From assembly GCA_001244265.2 (NCBI GenBank), contig CDLV01000020.1, positions 310,001 through 374,000 of the forward strand: a stretch of 64,000 nt of DNA, written 5' to 3'. The position numbers were made by a program, and so were the translations under genes. Source of the DNA: Microbotryum violaceum (taxonomy: Eukaryota). Each line of letters opens with the position of its first letter. Positions within the stretch are counted from its first letter, which is position 1. Positions 52,213 through 64,000 of the stretch are shown one piece after another. Under the pieces are notes generated by a model. It was not told the DNA's origin. It did not search any database and was given only the letters and a program-made list of their open reading frames with translations.

Positions 52213-55162
52213 TCAGGTCGCGAAGCCCGAGAATGAGCTCTGAGAAGCTGCCGAAGCCGGTAACGAAGGGATCAACTGTTGTTGCTGCTGTTGCGACAAT
52301 TTAAGCCCCAGCTGTTGAGCGTATTGGTGAGCAGCTGGACTCGAAACTCGGACGACTCCTCCGTTGGGAGACAAAAGGCCCTGGTTCAGGAACGATGACG
52401 GGCTTTGTAGTAGATGTTGAGACGCGGCCGAATTGGGCCTCGAGTTTGGGTTCAAACTTGCAACGCCCATCGAAATCGGTGACTGTCCACCCCCACCTGC
52501 AGCGGATTGCGCGGCAACGAGTTGTTGTTGAGCTTGCAGCGCCAACTGGAGGTTCGACAGCGGCGCCCGAGACGTCGGCAAGTTATTTGCGTTGATTCCA
52601 TTCGCGCCGTTCAAGAGCCCATTTGCTATACGTTGCTGCTGCTGCTGTTGCTGCGCGAATGCCTGTTGCTGCATCCCGTTCTGCTGGACTTGGGGAAAGC
52701 CAGGTGGGAGGACGAGGCCCGAGGCAGCCGCTGCTGCGGCCAGTTTGGTCGCGTCGGCAGTGTTCCAATTCACCTGCATCGCTTGACCCCCTTGAGGGAC
52801 CCCGTTCGGACCCAAATTGGAAGCAATGTTTCCTGACGAGGGCGTTCGGCGCATCGCACTGTTAGAATCGGCGACCTGTTGCTGTCGCTTGAGTTGCACC
52901 TGCTGCTGTGCCGCCCGGAGAGCCTGAGCAGCCGCCATTTGCACTGCATTGAACGGTTGGCCCCCATTCGCGGCACCGAGCTGCATCGCCAATCCAGCCG
53001 AATTTTGGGGCTGCGAGAGGGGAGGCCGAGGAGGAGGTCGGCCAAAGGTCTGAGGCGGCGGGGCATGCTTGTCCGGATCGGTTGCGGCCCACTGATATGC
53101 TTGCTCAAGGTACGACGTGTCGAGCGTCAGCGAAGCGAGATCGTCGGGTTTGAGCAAGCCCGTTCGTTTCACTACGTGTCGTAAATCAAAATCATCCAAC
53201 ACGACTGGCTCGTCGGCGCAAGCGAAGTCGTGATGCGCGTCCGAATCGTACCTGAACCTCTCGGCTTGTCGCGCCAGCCGAGCCTCTCTCAGATCGGCAT
53301 CCTCTTCGACGTCGTCCATCTCGTCGTCGACATCGCTAACATCGGACTCGAACATCAACTTGATCGTCAATGGTTTGTGGACCGAGTTGGCCGATCGAAG
53401 GCTTGTCGCACGAACTGTTGGAGCGATTCGATCCAACATGACACGACCACCCCGACCGACCCGTCTCCGAAAGGACGTGCGCACACGGCCCATGGAAGGT
53501 TGGTACTGCGTCGCAAAGCCCAGGGTCTCGACTTTGTTAAGGTTCGATTGCGACGATGGCAGACCAGCGGTGGAACCTTGCACGCTTTCAACTGCTCGCC
53601 AGTACCGTGCCGGAGTGGCCGGTGCCCGAGGCACGTAAGCGCCATCCGTGTGGTCGTCCCATGCAGAATCGGCTTCTCGCTTCTTTTGCAGGTCCCGCTC
53701 CATACGTGCCGTGATGGCGAGGGCTCGGTCTTTTCGAGCTTTGAGATCTTCGGCGGAGGTGACGAGCAGGGCATGGTTAAGGTTCGAGGCATCGGGTTTC
53801 CGCAATGACAAGCGTAAAGTCCCAGTACTGTAACGAACGAAGATACGATGCCGGAGATATGATCAGTAACAACGACGGATACGCCCCTCTAGTCCGACCC
53901 CGACCCGAGACGTACGCATTCGCCGCAGCGAGCTCCTCCTTTCTCCGCTTCTTGTCCCTTCGACCAACGAGTAACTCTTCGTCGCCATCGCCTTCTCCCA
54001 GCCGTCGTTTCAATTCCCTCGCCTCAACGCGCACCTCAAACACCTTGCGTTCCAATTCGATCGCCTCCAACTTGAGCCGCTCACGTTCCCTAACCTTGAG
54101 CATCAGCGCACGCGCAGCAAAGAGATCGTTCCTCAGCCTCGTCAAGCGCTCGATGTTTTGCGCATCCGAGCGGCGCGTCTTGCGCGACGACTTGAGCTCG
54201 CGACGCCGGAAACAGACGTAGGGGTTGTTCTCGTTGGATTCATCGTAGTCGAGCTGAGGAATGATGACTTTGCCGTTGCGGGCCAAACGTCGGTGCTTCC
54301 AATGCGGATAGATCGGGCGAGCAAGAGGTTCAAGTTGGGCAAATTCGGTCGATTCGGATATGTGCAGTTCCATGTCAGCGACGGACGGTAAGAAGGTCGG
54401 ATCGCCGTGGGCTATCGGTGCCTTCTGATCCGCCAGTTGCTCGAGAAGCTCCATGACGCGCTCGAAATCGTCTTCCGAGATGGTCGTCGCTGCTGTAGCA
54501 TCATCCTTCGAGTCCTCAGCCTTAACTTTGTCCTTGCCTTTTCGTCTAGAGCTAGGCGTCGAGGCCGAGGCCGGATCTTCGGTCGATTCGGATCGAGTAG
54601 TGAGACCGACACGTTTGTTGTAGGCCTCCAGCCAGTCCTCGTCGTCCTCATCCATCGTATAGTTGATGGCGCCCTTGGTCGTGTCCTCGACCGTGTCCGA
54701 GAAGCGTATATAAGTCATGGGATCGGTCCAACTCTTCGGGTAGAGCTGATAAAAGAGCTCATTGTCGATCGCACCATGGGCGTCGGGCGTCGGAATGTAG
54801 GCCTTGTCCTTTTGCGCTTCGGACTTGTCCCCTCTCCCGCCTTTGTTCGCGTCCTGATTGTCTTTGGTCGCCCTCCCACTCGAACTCGAGTTCGACGAAC
54901 TGGCACCTCCCGGTGTTGCCGAGTTGCTATTCGTAGTTGATGCGGCGGCGGCAGCGGCCGAGGCAGCGATCACGGCTTGGAGATGCACTTCCCCTTCTTC
55001 ATCCTTGTCGACACCAGTCTCGACCGATTTACCTTTGGGGTCCTCTTCGAAGTCGAGGTCCTCGAGCGGGTCTTCATCAAAGTGGTCGACGCCGAGCACG
55101 ATCGAGATGCGTGACTTGAAGCCGAGCTTGCGGTTGCGGAATCGGCCCGAAGACTTGACCAT
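52213..55162 (-). CDS. EPL1: Enhancer of polycomb-like protein 1, NuA4 subunit (2 coding exons)
   Basis: ETGVDKDEEGEVHLQAVI, YIPTPD, YIRFSDTVED, YTMDEDDEDWL, NPYVCFRRRE..RKTRR, FRRRVGRGGRVMLDR; Q-rich tail. Confidence 0.95.
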
Positions 55163-57486
55163 AGTGCCAAACTTTTGAACAGGGCGTCGAGGAGAGAGGA
55201 GTAAGAAGTGGGTAGTCAGAGGCACCGAACGACCAATCAAGGTGTGGTGGTGGGAGGTAGGTGGTGTTGAGGTCGAGGACACGGCCCTCTAGCCGACCGC
55301 GACGCCGAGGTGTCACCGAGTTTAGCGAAGATGAGGTATCGAGTCGTGAGGCGAAGGATATATACAAGCCGAGCCGACGATGTTTGAAGTGCCTTGGGAG
55401 CGGAAGGCAACAGCCGAAGAGGCTGTACAGAGGCGAGGGGAGAGGGGAGAGGAGAATCCCGGCGCAAGCTATGTGAAAGCCGAGGCTCGTGTCAGTTTCC
55501 ACTGAGGTTGAAGCACACACGACTCGAAGCTGAGGTACATCTGATTGACGCTGGACATGTGCGTGTGTGCATGTGTGTGCGCGCGCCACTCTGAGCTCCA
55601 TCCAGAGTTGAGTCCGAATTGTCGACGCGTCAGGGGTCGAGGCGGCCGCGACAGGCTGGGCCGACGACGATGACTCGCGGCGGAGGCAGCGAAGGCTTGC
55701 GGTGATGTGGCTCGGCCACGGCGCGAGCCCAAGCGCGAGGCAGAGGTCCAAAACATCGGGTGGCCAGGGCACTCCACATCGCTCGTGAAGGTCCCAGACT
55801 GGGGACATCGTAGTGAAGGACTCACGTTCGGATGGGTGCCGCCGAGACCGGAGTTGTAGAGTGGATACAGCGGCGTCGAGAGGGGTTCACAAAAACGTCG
55901 ATCGCCGCCGTTCGCTGACTTGAGGGGAGGCGGATTGGCGTGCGGGCGATTGCGCGCACAAGCGGACGCGGCGGGGGCGAGGCGAGGCGGAGCGGAGGGG
56001 AAAGCGGCCTGAACTCAGAGGGAGGCGGCGGGCAACGGCTGGCGACGGGAGCTGATGACGAGCGGACGGCAGAAGGGAGGCAAGCTCCATCGTGTCAGCG
56101 CATGCTGTTGACTCGAACGCAGGCCGCACTCACGAGGATAAGGAGCACCGCAACAGAGAGGGAACCAAACGATCAATCAAGACCTGGTCGAGTTGGACGG
56201 GGATGGGTGGTGGATGGATAGGGTGATGTACGAGTGTGGGTGTAGAGCAGTTGTACCCGTTGAAACGCCGCTGTGCGGAGTGTATGCGGGCCTCTGGGCT
56301 TCTGTGGCCTCTGTTTTGCCTCGGCGCCGGTCTGCGCCTACGTGCGCCGGGGCCAATCTGCCGCTCGCAAGCGCACGGCTTCGCCTGCGCGCACGCCTTG
56401 GCCCCAAGCCCATGGCCACTAGCGTCATGGCGGTCGCGATGCGGCGCCCAGAGAAAGGCGGCGCCCGAGCTGGCGCTAGATTTTGTTGAGGAATTTTTCA
56501 AGCCAACGACGTATGAGAAAAGAAAAACTCAGGTCGATCGGAAGCCTCAAGGTCGACTTAGTGCTCGATGATAATGCCGGCTAAGGCTGAGCTCGCGCGC
56601 TGGATGGGATGGAATGGCGCCGAGACTTGAGAAGCAGATTTGACAGCAGCAGTGCGGTGGGGTTAGCGCTGAGCGGTCGGTCAGTCGGACCGTCGCTGAG
56701 AAATCGGAGGTGGTACTGCGGGGGGGACGGTAAGGACGCGACAGTCGGATCCACGACGACAGTTTCCGCGTCGTTCACATCCCGGTTGACACCCTGAGCG
56801 AGCTGTGCACCAAGGCTAAAGAGGCGAGAGATCGAGTCCTCGGGATTAGCTGAGCTCGGCTCGGCTCAGCTCGGTGCAGTCCTAACGACCGACGAGCCTT
56901 AAAAGCGACGGGACGGGACAGGTGGGTGGTTAAGAATTAGTACTCACTTGATATGGAAATTGGAAGGGGGTGGGAACACAGTGCCATGTCACGCGGCGGT
57001 CAGATCAGTTGGTGGATTTCGAATCGGCGTCGGGCAACAGGAGAGCCCCGGGTGCGCCATGGCGAGCTCTGTTCCCAATGTGGTCCGGTGCGAGCAATGT
57101 ACACGGGGAGACCATTCTGTCGGTATGGTTGTAGACTCGACTAGGAAGTTGAGATGGAGCCACAAGTGCGAGTGCGTCGGGCAGAACAGAGCGAGCGAGA
57201 AAGAGAGAGCGCGAACGCGGAAAGCTGGGAGTGACTGAGCGAGTCGGTTGGCGAGCGCGCAATAACCCACAATTGGCGAAGGCTAATGCCCTGGCTTGCC
57301 CCGGTCGGCGAACGGTAATACTAGGGTGAAATGGTTGCGCGCGCACGTGAGCCAGGATGCGGTCCGTGCGAGCCCGCAGCTTCGCAGCTGTTGGTCGCGG
57401 GCCGACTTGAGTGGTCGACTGTCGCTCGTCGACGTCAGCCCGCTACTCTAGGAACGCCTCAATCCGCGGCTCGCACTTTTTCGACC

Positions 57487-59323
57487 ATGTCCTTGACTGA
57501 GACGACCTACCCGAGTGTGCTGGAGTCTCCCGTGAATGGCGACGCGCCTACGACCGCGAGCACGACCGCGACGGGCGAAGAGCGACAAATCGCGATCCGA
57601 CTGACGACCCAGGATGCGCCATACGAGATCCCAGCGACCAAGTTCCTCGTCCCCGCCAGTTGGAGGCGCTTCCATCTCTCCCAGTTGATCAACAAGGTGC
57701 TCAACAAAGATGGTCAGTCTCCAAAGCCGGCGTCGTGATCGCCGCTGGAGGTGCCGGAGCCCCTGAACAGAGTCGAGTTTCAAGGCATCGGCAACAGCTG
57801 ACATGTCCTTTTGTACCTCCACCACTAGAGTCGACCCCCTTCGATTTCCTCATCAATCAAACCCTATTGCGGTCGTCGCTCGGGGCGTACTGCGCGCAGT
57901 CAGGCGTCTCGGAGGAAGTCACGCTCGAGATCGAATATCTCCCGTCGACCCTTCCGCCTCAACTCGAATCGACGATCCCGTCCCAGGACTGGGTGTCCGA
58001 TATATCATTAGGCGTCAACGGGTCAGTCGTCATTTGGACTCTTTTGCGCAATCTTTCGGACCAAAAGTGCAGATTTTGACCCACCCCTGCCAACGTGCAT
58101 ACCACCATGCGAACAGAGCGATTCTCACCTCTTCCTACGCTGGCACGCTGTCGTACATCTCGACGCTAGACCCATCAAACCCTCTCACGTTCCACGGGCA
58201 CGACTTACCCGTCTTGTCGTGCTGCTACGTACACAACCCGGCAGGCCAATCGAGCTCGAGAGCCGAGTCCGGCTGGATTGCCAGCGGTGGGATGGATCGA
58301 GTCGCGCGGGTATGGTCTTACAGCGTAAGTCCGCTCTTCACTTGGAGCGCCTGAAAGCCTTTCTAAAGTTGCTGCGAACATTTCTCAGGCCCCTTCAACC
58401 TCTTTGACAAATCCGACCCCATCGTCCGAGGTGACTGCGCCTTCCACTCTCTACACCCTTTCCCTCCACACAGGTCCCGTCTCGTCGATCCGAGCGCGAC
58501 CTCTTCCCTCTTCGTCGAGCGAAATCATGACCACGCCCCATCTGCTCACCGGTGGGTGGGACGGCGTTGTCGGCGTGTGGGATTTGACCAAGGGCGTCAA
58601 TGAGGGGGACGCGATCGAGGACGATGGCCAGGAGAGGAAGAAGAAGAGAAGACGGGCAGCCCCAGGGACCGTCGTCAACAAGGTGGGTTTGGTCTCTTAC
58701 AAAGGTATGGGCCACGTTTTCGAAGCTGACGCTGGCTTGAGCCAATGCCGCAGACTCCTGTTTCCGCCTTGCTCGGTCACACGGGCAAGATCTCGCGCGC
58801 CATCTTCTCCTCGTCCTTCTTGACCTCGTCGCAAGCGTATTCGGCTTCGTACGACCACACCCTCCGAACATGGGACCTTTCGACTGCCCAGCTCTTGGCG
58901 ACCCGAACAGCTCCCTCTTCTTCGGTTCTCTTGGACCTGGCCCAACTCTCACAATCGACGAACCTCCTCATTACGGGCTCGACGGATCGATCGATCGGCG
59001 TATGGGACACAAGGGAGGATGCCTCTTCCCACATTTCAATCAGTCTCACCGGTCATACGGGTCCGGTTTCGAGCGTCGTCGGGCACCCGAAGGAATCGCT
59101 CTTGATCGCTTCGGGCTCATTCGATTCGACGGTCAAAATCTGGGACGTGAGGAGTCCCAAGCAGGCCTTGTTTAGCTTGGATATGTCGAGGGAGGAAGGA
59201 CAGGAGACGAAGGACAGGGTTTTGGCGCTCGATTGGGATGGCGAACAACTCGTTGCTGCCGGAGAGGGGGCAAAGGTCGCGGTGTGGAGGGTCAGTGGGA
59301 GTAAAGGCGTTGAGGCTCACTAG
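57487..59323 (+). CDS. YTM1: Ribosome biogenesis protein Ytm1/WDR12
   Basis: NLE domain (VPASWRRFHLSQLINKVL, PFDFLINQTLLRSSL, EVTLEIEY), DWVS, WD40 repeats (SASYDHTLRTWD, SGSFDSTVKIWDVRS). Confidence 0.95.
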
Positions 59324-59611
59324 ACTGGTGCATTTCTGCGAGGATGCGATTGGATGTAAAGCAGTTTTTCTTTCACCAGGAAGAGGCAGCAGACAGGAGC
59401 GTCCTACTCGGAGCTCCGCCAGCAATGCTGCTGCGGAGTGTCGGAAGAGGGGCTTTCGTCGGCCGGGGCAGGACCTTCCGGTCGCACCAAACTCGCCGAA
59501 TGATTTGCGAGACTCGCCAACGGGACCAAGGATTACCCGATGTCTCCGGTCCCATGAAAATCATTTCAACCCTGCACCCGGTTAGATACCTGTAGGTAGG
59601 AACCCACAGAA

Positions 59612-59689
59612 TTCCGCGGCTCGGGGTTCGGTCACATAATTCTGCGGCTCGCGGTACGGCCACATAGTTCCGCGGCTCGCGGTTCGGTC
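59612..59689. repeat. 28-bp minisatellite, about 2.8 copies
   Basis: TTCCGCGGCTCGGGGTTCGGTCACATAA / TTCTGCGGCTCGCGGTACGGCCACATAG / TTCCGCGGCTCGCGGTTCGGTC starting at 59612, 59640 and 59668. Confidence 0.9.
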
Positions 59690-60405
59690 GATCTGCCCGC
59701 TTGTGAGAACGTGCGCCGGCACGATCGTAGGCGATGCCCGAACCTTGATCGCAAGCGCTATTATTATCGCTCATCGCTTATCGAGCGTCTCGTGGCGCCG
59801 TGGCGACCAAGTAATACGACAAGCAGGAGTCTCCGACTGAACGACGTTATATTGAAGGAATAGTGATATAAAATTGAAATTGTCAATATAATTACTTTTA
59901 CTAATCATCTCCCCTTTAGGTTTTTCAACAGTTTTAGGAAATACAGTATATGATGCACAATAAACTAGTGCTCTTTCTCCCTCAATGTAGGTCTCAACAT
60001 CAAAAACCCCGATAAAAGGAAAGGAAAGGGGTATAAGTAGCATTGGTACGGGCTTGGGGACGTTTTCGAACGCAGACACCAAACCTCCCCGAGCGAGCAA
60101 CATAGCGCAAGTAGTTGGGACGAACAGGGGGGGACTGATACACCGCACTCGCCTTTCGACTGTCTTTGAGCTGTCTTTGAGCAAGACTAGTATACGAGTC
60201 AAAATTAAAACTTGCTCGGCCCCCCCGTTAGCGCCCGTTGGCCGTCTTTGGCAACCGGCTATTTCTGGTCACCCCGAGCGTGTCGCATATCCCCGGGTGT
60301 CGGCGTTTGGGTTCGTGCTCTCTTTCTTCCACCTTGAAACTCACTCCCTCGCTTTCATCTCTCCTCACTTTCATCTTTCAAAGTAATATTCACGGTTGCC
60401 TTACG

Positions 60406-61613
60406 ATGTCCTCCACCACCACTGCTCAAGAATCGCGATCCGCCCCGGCACACTTCGAAGAGATGCTTGATCACCACTTTGAATGTCAGTGGCCCTCTCC
60501 TGATTCCGGTCGGTCCAGCGCTCTCAGTGATGCGCTTGATGCTAACCTCATGCTCTTTGGTTCAATCAAAGACACCTACGACAATGGGTACGTGGAACCA
60601 GCATTGCGCTTCGTGGTGATCCGTGCCGCGCTCGGTCATTAACGTCATCTCCGCACCCCCTTTTCCCGACAGATGGGTAGGACCGTGCTCTCTCTCCTCC
60701 CGTGCTCTCTCCTCCCTCACATCTCCTCTCTTGCGGCTCCTCGTCGCACGACGCGTCTCGAACGATGCAATAGACGTTTAATGTTATTTCGGATGAACTT
60801 CACAGAGATATGAGTTCTGGGTTCCCAATCATGAGCGAATCATCTGTGAGTCATTGATTCGGTCGCTCCTGAGTGCGGTTGCTCCTGATTGGGGGTTCGT
60901 TCGGAGTTGCTAATGCCATGCTTTGCTTGTCATTGGCTAGACGCGATCCATGGTGGTGCGACGACCTTGCTGTCAGAGATATAACACAAAGCTTGAATAC
61001 AATAATGACGTGCTCGAAATTTTTGTTTTCATTGCACAGGACCCATGGCCGGCCGATTAAACTATCAAACTGCGTCAGTTGGCGCTTTGCGCTGGACCAT
61101 GAAACAATCGTACTCAGACGCTTACCCCTCCTATTATCCTTCTAGTTACTACCAACGCATCCGAAAGGACATGTGGCAAGTATCATGGGTAGAGGAGACT
61201 GGTACTACGGTCACGATCTGCCTGGACTGTGAGTTGCACTCGCCTCGGTCGTCGAGTCGTAGCCGTGCCGGCGGGCAAATTCTGACAAGCACATTCACAA
61301 CGCATCCAGTGCCGGAGAAACGCATCACGACTTTTATGGCCTTTTCAAAAGGGTAAGCAGAGGAGTCAGCATTTGCCACATCGTTGTTATCCTGCCAATT
61401 GAAATTGCCCTGTCTTTTCGCTCCAGTCACTGGGACTATCCCGAGAAGGCCCACGGCTACAAGCGTGAAAAGCTGGACCAATGGAGAGAGCTTTCCAAGA
61501 TTGGCAACCAGACGACCGATCGCCACATCTTGCCCGAACAAGCGACCATCAACAAGATTTACAAAGGGAAGGGGAGTCTGCAAGAGATCGAGATGGAGTG
61601 GCCCACGTTGTAG
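60406..61613 (+). CDS. Cofactor-free phenolic acid decarboxylase family protein (PadC-like, calycin fold), 9 exons
   Basis: Exons 60406-60484, 60572-60587, 60673-60676, 60806-60845, 60941-60955, 61040-61073, 61146-61228, 61310-61352 and 61427-61613 give ..FEYTYDNGWRYEFW..IIYAIHGGPMAGR..WQVSWVEETGT.., with the PAD YxY, Arg and Glu residues. Confidence 0.88.
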
Positions 61614-64000
61614 CCGGACTTCCAACTTGCGCCCGACCATGTTGCCCGCAGCAAGGCCGTTGCTTCCGTCCTCAGCATAGCCTGCTTTTAGACGTGTTTG
61701 CCCATAGAGAGGGTATCCTCACTGGCACAGCATGCTCTGAAATTCGTACTTTGAGTTCTCAAATGAAATGATTGTCTTTCACATAGAAGGATACAGTCTC
61801 GAGCCGTCCCCGCGGGAAACTTGCATTCGCACTGGATCCGCGCCCTTCGGCCGGCGAGGAGCGCCACTCTTACTCACCGACCACGGCTACCTCATTTCAG
61901 TGCCAAAGAGGTTGCCAAAGCGTCAACCAGCACTGCTCGTTGAAGTTGGTAGTATAGCATGAAGCACTTGGTTGCAGTACGCCGTACCGGATAAGTTGCA
62001 CTAAAGCCGGGCAAATTTAGCTCACCTGCTCACCTCGGGAACAGCGTCCTCAACTTTCAAATTTAAGACCTGAGATTCTGAGACACGAGGACTGCCTGTA
62101 GTGTCATGTTGCGAGGCTCGGTAGCGCACTGAATCTTCCTGCCGTTTGGAGTCCTCTGAGAGCTTGCTCAAACACCCTGCCAAGCTCGGCCCAGCTTGCC
62201 GAAGTAGATGGAGCGCACGCCGCGACCCCCTTCGCTAGTACATTTTTTCGTTTGTACGACAAAGAGGTCTGGTGCCCTTGCAGAGCCAGTGGAGTCCCTG
62301 GAAAAGCCATGATTGAGACGGACACAGGCTCTGCTCGAGCACGTAGCGGCGACGTCGGTCGGACGTGAAGGCCAGCTTTTACAATGCGTGTTTTGAAATG
62401 CCCCGTCAAGATCGTCATAGGTAGCAGTAGAAGAGCAGAGGTCACGACGCGGGCGAACTCATAAGGGCGCAGTGGCCAGAGCTTCGGTCCCAATCAGGTG
62501 GAATAACGTCCTTCAATCAGGAGGACAGTCGCGTCGACATGAGTGGTCGACTGTCATGAACCAGTAATCCTTCAATTCCTAGCTTGCTTCACTGGGGATG
62601 GGCCATACATAGTACCAAGCTGTCCAACCCTTTCAAATTGGATATCGTACCTTTTTGAGGTCAACGTAGGCTAGTGGTAAAGCTTGGAACCGCTCCTGAC
62701 GCCCGCTTACCTGTCCGGCCGGCAGATGAGCTGGTGTGGGGCCCCACCGGACCGCCGCCACGCCGGCGGTGCATGATCGGACCGAACCTACAGGCGAAAT
62801 TGAATCATCGTGTAGCCGAGACCAATCGTGCGTGTTCAACAGCTGCTTCGATCAAGATGTTACTAGCGTTAGCGAGAGCTCGAGCGTCTGTTGTACAGGG
62901 TGGAGCTATGTGAAAAGTATTTTTTTGTGGTGATCAGCCCAACTGGCAGTCATATAGAATGGTCAGGCAGGGAAAGTCGGCGCTTATGGGACGGCGACCC
63001 ACGCTCCGTTCGCCTTGTTGAAACCACTATTGCAGGAAACATCCGATTTTTTCGACGTTTATGTGCATACTTCTACTATTAGAAATGATGGGACAGCCAC
63101 TTGAAGAGCAATTACGGCTTTGACAGCGACGAAACGCGATTGATCAACTCATGCGCAGTCATCAGGGTTCGTCGGTTCGCATTCAAATCGCCGCGATGCG
63201 GGCGCGGCCTTGCTTGTTGAAGCTGGTGTTGCAGGCCACAGGCTCCCATTGAGGTACAAATGCTGGAATTGTTAGTGAATGAAGAGCAGAGAGGCAGTCA
63301 GTCAACCCATGCGCGGTCAGAGCTTCCCCTGTCCAGAAAATTAGTCAGTCACTGTGCGATGCATCTCTTGCCCTGAACGGTGTAGCCCGGATCGCAAAGT
63401 AAAGATGGTTGGATTGGTAGAGTACAGGTATCTAAGTATTTACCTAGGAAAGTACATGGTTTATCGCTTCGGTACTAGTCGAATTGATTCGACCTGACGC
63501 TGCGGTCGCCGACCACGTGGAGAACTTCGCTCGGATACCTGCCGGTAGAAAATTGCAAGGTGGGGATCGGGTTCTGCCACCCTGAAGTTCACAGAGGTGA
63601 CTGGGCTAAAAGCTACGCAACGACGTGGAATTTCAGTTCTTCCGGTCTAGCCCCAGAACGACCATGCACTAAGTACTGCAGCAACGATATCGCTGATCGA
63701 TCGCCCCGCCCAGTCATTGCTCACGGCGACGTGCGACGGCCGGCACCCAAGCTAGCTTGCAGCGAACGTCTCGCCTGACATAATGGAATGGACATTGTCA
63801 TCAGTGAGAGTTGTTTTCATATGAAGTAAAAACCAGAAGATTAATTCGTACACAGGCGGTTTTTTGCATTACGACGTGGCGCGAAAAAAAAAGAGAAGAA
63901 GAAAATCTTAAAATTACAACGACCAATGCATGGGTAACCCACCAACCGGCCGGCCCTTCTTCCACTCAAAATGAACTCGCGATGCATCTCAAGGCTCGAT

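Noticed and set aside
56292..56453. Multi-branch fold closed by CTCTGGGC/GCCCAGAG
   Set aside because: Very GC-rich sequence, where 8-bp stems are expected by chance; no shared motifs with A or B.
59612..59689. CRISPR-like array
   Set aside because: Units are contiguous with no unique spacers, the context is eukaryotic and there are no cas genes.

Overview
Gene-dense, intron-rich, GC-rich eukaryotic DNA. Short GT-AG introns and the gene set point to a basidiomycete fungus; a Microbotryomycetes-like lineage is my inference. About 20 spliced genes can be reconstructed by eye: SUV3, a RhoGAP-domain protein, mitochondrial ribosomal bL33m and mS23 (RSM25), a GPATCH1-like protein, FIS1, a ZNF706-like zinc finger, MAK11, an EamA transporter, a Zn alcohol dehydrogenase, ArfGAP, ATE1, TAH18, an HSF-domain factor, SEA2/RTC1, a membrane protein, EPL1, YTM1 and a 9-exon phenolic acid decarboxylase. 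Most notable: (1) two intergenic elements 40 kb apart share a predicted multi-branch fold and four motifs in the same order, a candidate undescribed structured ncRNA family, with several weaker structured neighbours; (2) a 265-bp tandem duplication of a foldable non-coding unit; (3) a 4-nt micro-exon in the decarboxylase; (4) a RhoGAP with no arginine finger; (5) a frameshift in the HSF gene; (6) a decaying Cys-repeat gene with an in-frame stop. All exon boundaries and folds were read manually; no searches or folding programs were run.
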